Under the pieces are notes generated by a model. That model was given only the letters and a program-made list of their open reading frames with translations. It made no database searches and was not told where the DNA came from. From positions 1 to 52,393 of the IMG/VR virus record IMGVR_UViG_3300035228_000496: a DNA stretch of 52,393 nucleotides, one strand, 5' to 3'. Position 1 is the stretch's first letter; every line of letters starts with the position of its first letter. Source of the stretch: a virus (Duplodnaviria > Caudoviricetes). Position numbers and translations under genes: made by a program. This document shows positions 1 through 10,300 of this stretch, in pieces.

Positions 1-213
1 TATATCCGCAACGGTGCCGACGAACGCGAATGCCTTCGTGAGTTCCGTGCCACCTCCGAACGCCATTCTGATTATGCTGTCCGCCTTGCGGTGAACTCCT
101 GTAAATTCTTGGATTCCTCCGTTAAAGACGCAAAAGGTTTGCATGATTACGCGAACGGTCTTCTGTTCTCTTTGCAGTCGCTTGGTGGCGATCGCTTCCA
201 GGGTTGCCGCTGA
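1..213 (+). CDS. Partial (5'-truncated) hypothetical protein, GC-richer than the rest of the window
   Basis: Frame 1 is open from base 1 (YIRNGADERECLREFRATSERHSDYAVRLAVNSCKFL...GDRFQGCR) to TGA at 211-213; the start lies outside the window. Confidence 0.55.
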   Translation, partial: YIRNGADERECLREFRATSERHSDYAVRLAVNSCKFLDSSVKDAKGLHDYANGLLFSLQSLGGDRFQGCR

Positions 214-250
214 CCCGTAGGGGTTGCCAGCAGCGTTGGTGCGTGGTAGG

Positions 251-287
251 CAGTGCCCCCGTCGGTGGGGGCGTTGCGCCGTGGCGC
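251..287. other. GC-rich hairpins in non-coding spacer
   Basis: CAGTGCCCCCG-TCGG-TGGGGGCGTTG (251-276, includes G-U pairs) and inverted repeat GCGCC-GT-GGCGC (276-287). Confidence 0.6.
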
Positions 288-393
288 GTGTGGCGTCCCC
301 CCGTATATAAAACGCTAAGGTACCATTAAGCTATAAAGTCTTGCTTTTGCGACCTCTCTATAGAACTCCACACTTTTCTATATAATCCAAGAA

Positions 394-588
394 ATGGAAA
401 ACAGTATAACTTGTATGCAAAAAAATTCCGGTGAAAATTTTTCGACTGTAGAGGTCGATCCCGTAACAGGTGAATATGTTGCTCAGATACCAGAGTGGAT
501 CATCTCTGAATTTGGGTGGTATGAAGGTACACAGTTAAATTTGGAGGTTGATAAAGATGCTATCGTGATAACCGAACTTAAAGATTGA
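394..588 (+). CDS. Small AbrB/MazE (swapped-hairpin)-like putative DNA-binding protein; real start may be ATG 415
   Basis: Motif YVAQIPEWIISEFGWYEGTQLNLEVDKDAIVI fits the AbrB-type IPxxxxxxLGxxxGDxLxxxv pattern. Confidence 0.7.
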   Translation: MENSITCMQKNSGENFSTVEVDPVTGEYVAQIPEWIISEFGWYEGTQLNLEVDKDAIVITELKD

Positions 589-613
589 CGTGCTCCTTGT
601 AATGGAGTATAAT
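585..613 (+). promoter_or_regulatory. Host sigma70-type promoter
   Basis: TTGACG (585-590), 17-bp spacer, TATAAT (608-613), upstream of ATG 652. Confidence 0.8.
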
Positions 614-651
614 TACATTTGAATGCATTCACATTTTAATTTGACCTAATT

Positions 652-1410
652 ATGGCAAAAGGATTTACAGTAAAAGCAAAAACGCCCGTAGCAGCTCCTA
701 GACCTGCTGAGTGGGATTATGCCAAAGCAAAGGAGATGATAAAGGGAAAGACAGTAGTATTCTGTCTACCTGGTAGAGGAGTATCATACACATACCTAAA
801 GAACTTTGTACAATTGTGTTTTGATCTAGTACAGAACGGAGCAAGTATTCAGATTAGTCAAGACTATAGTTCCATGGTGAACTTTGCACGTTGTAAGTGT
901 CTTGGTGCTAATGTATTGCGTGGACCTGATCAGAAACCATGGGATGGTAAGTTGCAGTATGATTATCAGTTATGGATTGATAGTGATATTGTATTCAATG
1001 TAGAGAAGTTCTATCAGTTAGTATTGATGGATCAGGACATTGCATCTGGATGGTATTGTACTGAAGATGGACAGACGACTAGTGTTGCACATTGGATGGA
1101 GGAAGATGATTTCCGTTCTAATGGTGGCGTTATGAATCATGAGACACTTGAGAGTATTGCTAAGCGTAAGAAACCATTCACTGTAGACTATGCAGGATTT
1201 GGATGGTTGCTGATTAAGAATGGAGTCTTTGAGCACGAAGAGATTAAGTATCCATGGTTTGCACCTAAGATGCAGGTCTTTGAATCAGGAGAAGTACAAG
1301 ATATGTGTGGAGAGGATGTATCATTCTGTCTGGATGCAATCGCAGCAGGTTTTGAGATCTGGTGTGATCCACGTATCAGAGTTGGTCACGAGAAGACAAG
1401 GGTGATCTGA
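652..1410 (+). CDS. GT-A fold (family 2-like) glycosyltransferase, conserved cyanophage type
   Basis: DxD motif LWIDSDIVF, GFGWLLIK, GEDVSFC and RVGHEK motifs typical of GT2-like enzymes. Confidence 0.8.
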   Translation: MAKGFTVKAKTPVAAPRPAEWDYAKAKEMIKGKTVVFCLPGRGVSYTYLKNFVQLCFDLVQNGASIQISQDYSSMVNFARCKCLGANVLRGPDQKPWDGKLQYDYQLWIDSDIVFNVEKFYQLVLMDQDIASGWYCTEDGQTTSVAHWMEEDDFRSNGGVMNHETLESIAKRKKPFTVDYAGFGWLLIKNGVFEHEEIKYPWFAPKMQVFESGEVQDMCGEDVSFCLDAIAAGFEIWCDPRIRVGHEKTRVI

Positions 1411-1411
1411 G

Positions 1412-1576
1412 ATGTCTCAGGAGTTATATACACTCACTCATGACGGAAAAGTACTTGCAGAGAACTTGACGCAAGAGGAATACTTTGATAAACTAGCAGA
1501 CCTAGCAGAGGACTTCTACTCTTCTGGGTCTCCGAACCCCTCGGAAATTGAAACTACTATCACTACAACTGAGTAA
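1412..1576 (+). CDS. Small acidic hypothetical protein (54 aa)
   Basis: Read manually: MSQELYTLTHDGKVLAENLTQEEYFDKLADLAEDFYSSGSPNPSEIETTITTTE*; packed tightly between neighbours. Confidence 0.7.
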   Translation: MSQELYTLTHDGKVLAENLTQEEYFDKLADLAEDFYSSGSPNPSEIETTITTTE

Positions 1577-1578
1577 TT

Positions 1579-1725
1579 ATGGCACGCGCTAAAACTGGTC
1601 TTTCTGGTGGAACATTCGTTGAATCTAAGCCGAAGACGACTCGTCAAGGATACGGAAAAAACACGAAGTACGCCGCGACTTCTCGCAATAATGCTAAAAA
1701 GAAATATCGTGGGCAGGGTCGCTAA
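1579..1725 (+). CDS. Small highly basic protein (48 aa) ending KKKYRGQGR
   Basis: Read manually: MARAKTGLSGGTFVESKPKTTRQGYGKNTKYAATSRNNAKKKYRGQGR*; followed directly by a terminator. Confidence 0.75.
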   Translation: MARAKTGLSGGTFVESKPKTTRQGYGKNTKYAATSRNNAKKKYRGQGR

Positions 1726-1745
1726 GGGGGCGACCCCTTTTTTTT
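1724..1745 (+). terminator. Rho-independent terminator
   Basis: AAGGGG-GCGA-CCCCTT (GNRA loop) followed by a T run. Confidence 0.85.
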
Positions 1746-1752
1746 ACTCGTA

Positions 1753-1760
1753 AATAAATA
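1753..1760 (+). promoter_or_regulatory. T4-type late promoter (variant)
   Basis: AATAAATA immediately after the terminator. Confidence 0.55.
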
Positions 1761-1826
1761 TTAGTGAGGGATAGGAACCCCTTAAAAAGTTCTGTTTAAT
1801 ATAACCAGGAGTACAACAGGAGTCCA

Positions 1827-1970
1827 ATGGGTAATTCACCTGTCGATAGAGATAAAGATTACATGTATCAAGAATTTGGTACTAAAAGTCTTATTACAGA
1901 TTACTGGTCAATGCCACAAAAAGAAGAAGATTCTAAGGAGATGAAGGAAGAAGAACAAAATCAAGAGTAA
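1827..1970 (+). CDS. Small hypothetical protein (47 aa)
   Basis: MGNSPVDRDKDYMYQEFGTKSLITDYWSMPQKEEDSKEMKEEEQNQE*; SD AGGAG at 1818-1822. Confidence 0.7.
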   Translation: MGNSPVDRDKDYMYQEFGTKSLITDYWSMPQKEEDSKEMKEEEQNQE

Positions 1971-1973
1971 GGG

Positions 1974-1981
1974 TATAAATA
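1974..1981 (+). promoter_or_regulatory. T4-type (gp55-dependent) late promoter
   Basis: Perfect TATAAATA 26 nt upstream of gp25. Confidence 0.8.
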
Positions 1982-2006
1982 TATTCAGGAAAATATACCC
2001 ATTTAA

Positions 2007-2408
2007 ATGGCAGTTCAGCGGGTTTCTAGAGCATTTAAGGATATTAGTTTTGCCTTCGATCCACATCCAGTGACGAAGGACGTTCCTGTGCTTACTAATG
2101 AACGTGCGATCATTAGATCAGTACGTAATTTAGTAGAAACGATACCCACTGAACGCTTTTTTAATTCGACATTAGGTACAGACATCCGTGGAAGTCTATT
2201 TGAGTTTATTGATCACGGTAGTGCTAGGATTATTGAGGATCAAATACGCAATACAATACGCTTTTATGAGCGTAGGATTGATGATTTAAGGATTGAAGTT
2301 GATCCTCAACCTGATCTGAACTCCTTTGATGTAAAAGTACACTTCACCGTCGTTGGGTTAGACCTGCCAATACAAGCCTTCTCCTTCATATTGGAGGCAA
2401 CGCGATAA
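2007..2408 (+). CDS. gp25: Baseplate wedge subunit gp25
   Basis: FKDISFAF..HP, AIIRSVRNLV.TIPTERFFNSTLG..LFE, YERRI motifs; position before gp6. Confidence 0.92.
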   Translation: MAVQRVSRAFKDISFAFDPHPVTKDVPVLTNERAIIRSVRNLVETIPTERFFNSTLGTDIRGSLFEFIDHGSARIIEDQIRNTIRFYERRIDDLRIEVDPQPDLNSFDVKVHFTVVGLDLPIQAFSFILEATR

Positions 2409-2411
2409 AAA

Positions 2412-4316
2412 ATGCCTTATACACAGTTTACTAACTTAGATTTTGACCAAATTAAGGTTCAGATTAGAGAATATCTCCGAGGTAACTCTAATTTTACCGA
2501 CTTTGACTTTGAAGGATCCAACTTTTCGGTCTTAATTGACACTCTTGCTTATAATACTTACATTAATGCCTTTAATGCGAACCTTGTAGTCAATGAATCC
2601 TTCCTGGATAGTGCTACAGTCCGTGAAAATGTGGTATCACTTGCAAGAAACATTGGTTATATACCCCGTTCTAGGACCTCTGCAAGGGCACAGATCAAAT
2701 TTGAGGTACCAACTGACACATCAAGCTCTATATTGACCTTAGAACCTGGTCTAGTGTGTGTTGGTGCGGCAGATAATACGTCATATCGCTTCTCAGTACC
2801 CGAAAGAATCACTGCTGCGGTCAAAAACAAGAAAGCAGTGTTCGGAGATGATGTAAATCCCATTACAGTCTTCCAGGGATCATACCTGACACGTCAATTT
2901 AGTGTTGATACTTCAATAGATCAACGTTATATTCTAGATAATCCCAATATTGACACCTCTACAGTCAGAGTTTACGTCTCTGGTGCCAATGATACTGGTC
3001 TTGGCAGAGAATTTAAGCATATTGATAATATTTTAAACATTGATAAGTATTCTGAAATCTTCTTGATGCAAGAAGTTCAGGAAAATCGTTATGAAATCAT
3101 GTTTGGTGACGGTTATTTTGGAAAAGAGTTAGAAACAGGCAATATTGTTACTGTTAGGTATATTGTTACTGATGGTTCGGCAGGTAATGGACCTGCATTA
3201 TTTGATTTTCAAGGCAATTTCACTGATGACAAGAACATCAGAGTTATTCCTACTGCATCAGTCGCTGTTAACACCGTCCAGAAGGCGTCTAACGGTGGTG
3301 AAGTGGAGGATGTTAAGTCAGTTAAGTACTTTGCTCCTAGACTCTATTCAGCACAGTATAGAGCAGTTACATCAAGAGACTATGAAGCAATCATTCAGTC
3401 CATTTATCCTAGTACTGAATCAGTTGCAGTTGTTGGTGGAGAAGAGTTATCACCTCCTAGATTTGGTACTGTTCAGATTAGTATTAAACCTAAGAATGGT
3501 ACATACGTTTCAGACTTTGATAAGCAGCAGATCCTGAATAAACTTAAATCTTATTCAATTGCAGGTATTAGACAATCGATTATTGACTTGAAAGTTCTTT
3601 ATGTTGAACTTGATAGCAACATTTACTACAACCTATCACAGACTGCTAGTGTTGATAATCTGAAAACTAATGTTACATCAGCACTTACCAATTATTCTAA
3701 GGATGTTGATATGAATCGCTTTGGTGGGCGATTTAAGTATAGTAAAGTTCTTCAATTAATTGATCGTGTTGATAATTCAATCACTTCTAATATTACTAGA
3801 ATTAGAATTAGAAGAGATATAAAGGTCCTGAAGAACCAGTTTGCACAATATGAATTATGTTTTGGTAATAAGTTTCATGTAAGTCCCAATGGTCTGAATA
3901 TTAAATCAACAGGATTCAGAATTGCTGGAGAAGCATCTGTAGTATATCTTACAGATGCACCAACATCTGATGCTAGATATGGTATTCTTTCCGTTGTTAA
4001 ATTAGGTGAAAACAGTCAAAGAACTGTTGTTGTAAAGGATGCTGGAACTGTTGACTACAATAAAGGTGAAATTATTCTGAATACAATTAATATTGTTTCT
4101 ACAGTTGAACCTAATGATCTTATTGAGGTTCAAGCGTTCCCAGAATCCAATGATGTTATTGGTCTTAAAGATCTGTATCTGACATTAGACATCTCTAATA
4201 GTCAGATAAATATGGTTAAAGATGTCATCGCATCTGGCGAAGATATTTCTGGCGTCTCATTTACTAGAGATTATTATACTTCAAGTTATTCAAACGGATC
4301 CTTAGAGAGGAAATAA
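2412..4316 (+). CDS. gp6: Baseplate wedge subunit gp6
   Basis: LDFDQIK, FTDFDFEGSNFSVLIDTLAYNT, ESFLDSATVRENVVSLARNIGY, RAVTSRDYEAI. Confidence 0.95.
   Translation: MPYTQFTNLDFDQIKVQIREYLRGNSNFTDFDFEGSNFSVLIDTLAYNTYINAFNANLVVNESFLDSATVRENVVSLARNIGYIPRSRTSARAQIKFEVPTDTSSSILTLEPGLVCVGAADNTSYRFSVPERITAAVKNKKAVFGDDVNPITVFQGSYLTRQFSVDTSIDQRYILDNPNIDTSTVRVYVSGANDTGLGREFKHIDNILNIDKYSEIFLMQEVQENRYEIMFGDGYFGKELETGNIVTVRYIVTDGSAGNGPALFDFQGNFTDDKNIRVIPTASVAVNTVQKASNGGEVEDVKSVKYFAPRLYSAQYRAVTSRDYEAIIQSIYPSTESVAVVGGEELSPPRFGTVQISIKPKNGTYVSDFDKQQILNKLKSYSIAGIRQSIIDLKVLYVELDSNIYYNLSQTASVDNLKTNVTSALTNYSKDVDMNRFGGRFKYSKVLQLIDRVDNSITSNITRIRIRRDIKVLKNQFAQYELCFGNKFHVSPNGLNIKSTGFRIAGEASVVYLTDAPTSDARYGILSVVKLGENSQRTVVVKDAGTVDYNKGEIILNTINIVSTVEPNDLIEVQAFPESNDVIGLKDLYLTLDISNSQINMVKDVIASGEDISGVSFTRDYYTSSYSNGSLERK
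4205..4212 (+). promoter_or_regulatory. Late promoter embedded in gp6, probably for gp7
   Basis: GATAAATA about 108 nt upstream of the gp7 start. Confidence 0.5.
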
Positions 4317-4319
4317 AAT

Positions 4320-7300
4320 ATGTCGCAATTTGAGAAGAGAGTTCAACTCAATAAAATTATTGAGAGTCAACTCCCTGAGTTTTTGGTTGTTGATTTCCCA
4401 AAAGCTGTTGAGTTTTTTAAACAATATTACATTTCTCAAGAATTTCAGGGTGGTAATATAGATCTGATTGATAACCTTGACAGGTATATCAAGTTAGATA
4501 ATCTTGTTCCTGAAGTTGTTATTGGTAAAACAACTCTAAGTTCTGCAATTGATACCGATGATGACATTATAACTGTCACATCAACTAAAGGTTTTCCTGA
4601 TGAGTATGGTCTGCTGAAGATCAACGATGAAATCATTACATACACTGGAAAAACTCAAACCACTTTTACAGGATGTATTAGAGGTTTTAATGGTATCACT
4701 GGATATGATGATACAACTATAAGTAATTTTAGTAATGTTAATCGCCAGAGTGTAATATTTGAAGACACTGAAGCAGAGTCTCATGAGACTGGTGAGACAA
4801 TTCAAAATCTTAGTGCCTTATTTTTACAAGAATTTTATAAGAAATTAAAGAGAACTTTTACTCCAGGTCTTGAAGAAGAAACCTTTGTAGAAGGATTGAA
4901 TGTTGGTAACTTCATCAAGCACGCTAGAAGTTTCTATCAATCAAAAGGCATTGAAGAATCTGTTATTATTCTTTTCAAAGTTCTTTATGGTGTTAAAGCA
5001 AAGGTTATTGATCTTGAAAATAGACTAATCAAACCATCCTCTGCAGAATATATTAGAAGAGAGCAGGTAGCAGCAGAAGTTTTATCTGGGAATCCATTTA
5101 AGTTAGAAGGTCAGACTGTATATCGTTCTAATGATTTAGAAACCAATGCTGCAGTTTCTGAGGTAGAGATCTTCACTAGAGATAATGAAACTTTCTACAA
5201 CATTGGTTTGTTTGTTGGATATAATGATAGAGATTTAATTGAAGGTAAATTTGATATTACCCCATTTACTAGGTCTTTAGAAGACAGATCTCCTACAGAT
5301 ACTATTATAACTGTAGATTCTACTATTGGATTTGCACAGACTGGTTATATTGTAGCAAATAATAATGTAATTTATTATTCATCGAAGAGTGTCAATCAAT
5401 TCTTTGGATGTACAGGAATCTCAACTACTGTTGGTATTGGTACATTAATTGATAAGACTTCTGGTATAAGATCTAATGAGACAATTTTTGGATATGAAGA
5501 TGGTGATATTACTAAGCCAGTTCATTTTCGCATCACTGGCGTATTAAAGAACTTTGAAGCAATTGATGATATTCCTTTGATGGAAGAAGATGAAGTCATC
5601 GCTGTAAAAAATGTAGGAGAAATAATTAACAATCCTACTCAAGATAAAACGTATAAAGAAATATTTGCAAACTCTTGGATCTATAATACCTCTACAAGAT
5701 TTTCTATTGATGAAATCAATGGAGCAACCTTTACACTAAAGACTAATATCGATAAGTCTCAACTTAAGAAAGGTGATACAGTCGAAGTATTGATAGGTGA
5801 TAGTAATAATCGTGCAACTCAAAATCTTGGTATTGTTGATTCTGTCAATAATACTACTCAAGAGGTTGTCCTTTCAGGTTTAACTAACTTTACTTCTAAT
5901 CCAAATTTAACATATAGTATTAGAAGATTATTAGTTAAGGCAGATACATTTGGCGTTGAATTGAAAGATGGTAGAAACAAGTATCTTTCCAACGTTCTAA
6001 ACGTATATACGGATGATAAGAGTCCATTTGGATATATTGCTTCAAACTCTTTACCTGGATATAGTATTCAAGATCAAATTGTTGAATCTTCAATTCCAGA
6101 TGGAACAGTAAATAATCTTGGTGGATTTAGTAGTTTCTTTAAAAACTATTCTACCATTAAGTTTCCACAAGATGTTAAATTTATTGATGGCGATCAAATC
6201 AGATATACTGCTGATAATCAATTAAGTGGTTTAGTATCTGGCGATTACTACTATATCAAGAAAATTACTAACAGTGAAATAAAATTATACATCTCATTAT
6301 CATTACTCCAGGATGATATGACTGGAAATGATTATGTAAGATTTGGACCTAATACAAATACAACTGGAACACATAATTTTACTCTTACTCGTCATGAAGA
6401 CAGAGTACTTTCTCCCAATAGTATTTTAAGGAAGTTCTCACTTTTTCCACCACAATCTCTTCCTGTAGATGATAATAGAGGATTGGGTAACATTGGTACA
6501 CTTATTGATGGGACTGAGATTAGTAGTCCAGAATCTACAGACTCTGTTCATTATGGTCCTTTAGAATCATTTGATGTATTGAATGGTGGTAAAGATTATG
6601 ATGTATTAAATCCACCAGGTATTACACTTACTACTGTTAATGCAACTGGATCTGGTGCAAAAGTAGAACCCACTATTATTGGTTCCGTTAAACAAGTATT
6701 TGTAAATCCTCAACCATTTGATATTGATAGTGTAGAGTCGATATCAATTAAAGGTGGAAATGGTAGTGGTGCTGTTTTACAACCTGTTGTTGGAGCTCGA
6801 TTCCGTGAAGTGGAATTTGATAGTAGACCATTGTCTCTTGGTGGTGGTGTTGATGTAATTAATGAGATCATCAGATTTAGAGAACCTCATTTCTTGACTA
6901 ATGGTGAGGTAATTATATACAATCAGAATGGAAATACTCCTATTGCACTTGGACCTGCATACGATGGCAATCAGACAGTCGAAGGAGCACTTGTAAGCGG
7001 CGATGAGTATGTTATAAGGGTTATCAACACATCTTCAATAAAACTCTTTAAAACGGCAGGAGAGGCGCTCTCAGGAGTTGCTGGTATTAATACTTTAGGT
7101 CTTGCAGTTCCTGCAGGCACTGCTGGCATCCATAAGTTTAGAACCGTTTCAAAGAAAAATCTGAGACAAATTAAGGTTCTTGAATCAGGATCTGGATATA
7201 CGCATAGAAAACTTAGAGTTAAAAATGTAGGATTCTCTACAGAATATAATACTGTTAGTTTTGAAAATCATGGATTTAAGACTGGCGATATTATCAACTA

Positions 7301-10300
7301 CACATACTCAACATTCTCAGGGGTAAGCACAACCACAGATCTTAGTGTTGTTGGTCTTTCTAGTGATACTCAATATCATTTACATAAACTTGATGATGAT
7401 AAATTTAAACTTATTGATGTTGGAATTGGTGCAACTATAACTGAAAATATTGATAGGAAGAAATTTGTTGATATAGTTGGATTTACAACGGACGCTCTTA
7501 ACTTACAAGGTGGATATCAAATTTTCCAATATCCACCTGTTGAAGTTGAAGTAAATGTCTCATATGCAAATACCACGGGCGGAACATTTACAATTACACC
7601 TCTAATTACTGGTGAGATTGTAGATGCATACTTATATGAGACTGGATCTGGATATGGTTCTGAAACACTGAATCTTCACACAAAACCATTAGTTGATGTA
7701 AGTGAAGGAAAGGGTTCTCAATTAAGTCCAATTATTACTAATGGTAGAATTCAAGCGATACAGATTCTTAATAAAGGAAGTGGGTACCTTTCATTACCAG
7801 AATTGATTGTTGAAGATACATCTGCTATCCCCGGTACTGGTGCGATTTTAAAACCAATTATCAATAATGGACAACTTACTGATGTGGTTGTTCTTAATGG
7901 TGGAATTGGATATAGTTCTAATTCAACTCGGATATTAGTAAAATCTAGAGGTTATGGTGCTAAGTTTGACACTAGAGTTAGAAAACTGCACGTAAACGAT
8001 GCATTTAGATTTGCAGAATCTTCTAGAAGTAATCCAAACGTAAAGATATTTTCTAATCTTTATAAGAATCGTAAGACTGATAATCTTGTTTATGGTATCT
8101 TTGGATATTCTCAAGATTTAGGATCAAATTTTGAAGAGTTTAATGGAGCACACTCACCAATCATTGGATGGGCATATGATGGTAATCCAATCTATGGTCC
8201 ATTTGGATATATTGATCCTGTTGATATTCAATCTGGTGTTAGGATTATTAATCCAAGTTATGAACTACAGTCTAATCGTGTGATAGACAGACCTGTAGGT
8301 CTTAGTGCAGGATTCTTTATTGATGACTATCAATATACTGGTTCAGGAGACTTAGATAGACACAATGGTAGATATTGTAGAACTCCAGAGTTTCCTAATG
8401 GTGTTTATGCATACTTTGTTGGAGTAACAACTAGTAATGTAACTGGTGAATTAGAACCTCTCTATCCGTATGTTATTGGTGATACATATAATTCTCAGGT
8501 TCTTACTGAGAATTTTAGTTTAGATCAATCATTTGACTTCAATAATTCCAACCTTGTTAGAAATACTCTTCCATATAATGTTTCTAAAGTTGGTGCAAAT
8601 TATGATTTCTTGAATGAGAGTTATGAAAAGTATCAACAATTAGGTATTGTTAATGCAGTATCTCAAGGCGTTATTGATGAAATCGGAGTCATTGATGGTG
8701 GAGAAGGTTATCAGATTGATGATACAGTTAATTTTAACTTAACTGAATCTGGTGGATCTGGTCTGCGTGGTTCTGTATCAGAGTTGATTGGTATTGGCGT
8801 AACTTTAATTACTACAACTAAAGAATCCTTTGAAGGATCAATTCTTGAATGGGATAATGATAGACAGGTTTCTGCATATAATCTTGACAAGGGATTGGGT
8901 TTCCCATTCAACGATAAAGATACCGTTCTTGTAAGTGGACTTTCTACTTCTCTTGCAGCACTCAATAGTACATTCCAAGTAGGAATTAAATCAGAAACTG
9001 TTGGACTTGCTGGTACTATGGTTCCATATACCAGCACTCCTGGTGGAAGATATGAAGATATCTTCACGTCTAAAAAGTTCAGTACTGTTTCTGTTGGTAG
9101 TACACTAGTAGTAAGTTCTGAATTTGGAAATGAAATTCTTACAGTTCTAAACAACTATAATAATGGTGTATTGAGAGTTCATAGATTTGGAACTGCTGGT
9201 TTTGGTCATACTATTGGATCAGAACTCCGCCTTCAACCAAACAGAATTACTTTACCTGTAAAAACTAAAGAATTCAAATCTGATAGAATTAATAAAGTAT
9301 TTTTTAATGCTCTTCATTCTGTTGGTATTGGAACAACTACTGGTGGTTCAACACAGAAAACATTTACTATTGGAAATGTTTCAGAAACTGTATCAATTCC
9401 ATTCAATCAAATCTATATTCCTGGTCATCCATTTAAAACTGGGGAAAGGGTTATATTGAGAAGATCAAATAAACCTGGTGTAAATTCCATTCTTGCTGGT
9501 GAAGATAATACACCCAATAATAATTTCTTTATACCCAATACTACTACTCTTGAAAGTGAACTTTATATAATCAATAAAGGACCAAATTATATTGGTTTGG
9601 TAACCACCGTAGGTTTAACAACCTCTGGTTATGGTTTATATTTCCATACATCTGGATCTGATGATGCTCAGTATAGTCTTGAAAATAGTAAGACACAAGT
9701 TACAGCAGATATTGATAGATTAGTAACTCAAGTGAGTTGTGCTGCAACTCATGGACTTATCAATAATGATAAGATTAAGGTGAATGTTGTTCCTAAAGGT
9801 ACTGTTGGTATCGGAACATCTACTCATGTCACAGTTAAATTTAATGAAAATAGTAAAAAACTTTTAATTAATCCAATTGGAATAACTTCTTCTGACATTA
9901 GCACTGTAACTAATCAGATTACGATTAATAATCATGGTTATAAAACCGGAGATAAAGTTTACTATGAAAGTTCTGAAGTTGCTATAGGTCTTCATACTGG
10001 ATCATACTATGTGATTGAGGATACTAGAAGTAAGTTTAGACTTGCAGAAACTCTTTATGATAGTAATCCTGATAATGAAACATCTGTCAATATTGTTGGT
10101 ACGGGAGATACGCATCATACTTTCTCACTAGTCAATCCAAGAATTGAAGTTATAAAAAATAATTCTCTCAAATTTGATTTAAGTGATGAATCTCTAGATG
10201 GTTATAAGTTTAACATCTATACTGATAGTGACTTTATCAATGAATACATTTCATCATATGATAGTAGACAATTTAACGTTGTTGGATTTGGGACAGTTGG

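Noticed and set aside
598-617. NtcA box at the sigma70 promoter
   Set aside because: Spacing is TGTA-N12-TACA, not GTA-N8-TAC
394-1410. Toxin-antitoxin pair (MazE-like plus downstream gene)
   Set aside because: The downstream gene is a glycosyltransferase with its own promoter; no toxin motif
1801-1826. CsrA/RsmA-binding GGA array
   Set aside because: Few motifs, one of which is simply the SD; picocyanobacterial hosts are not known to use CsrA
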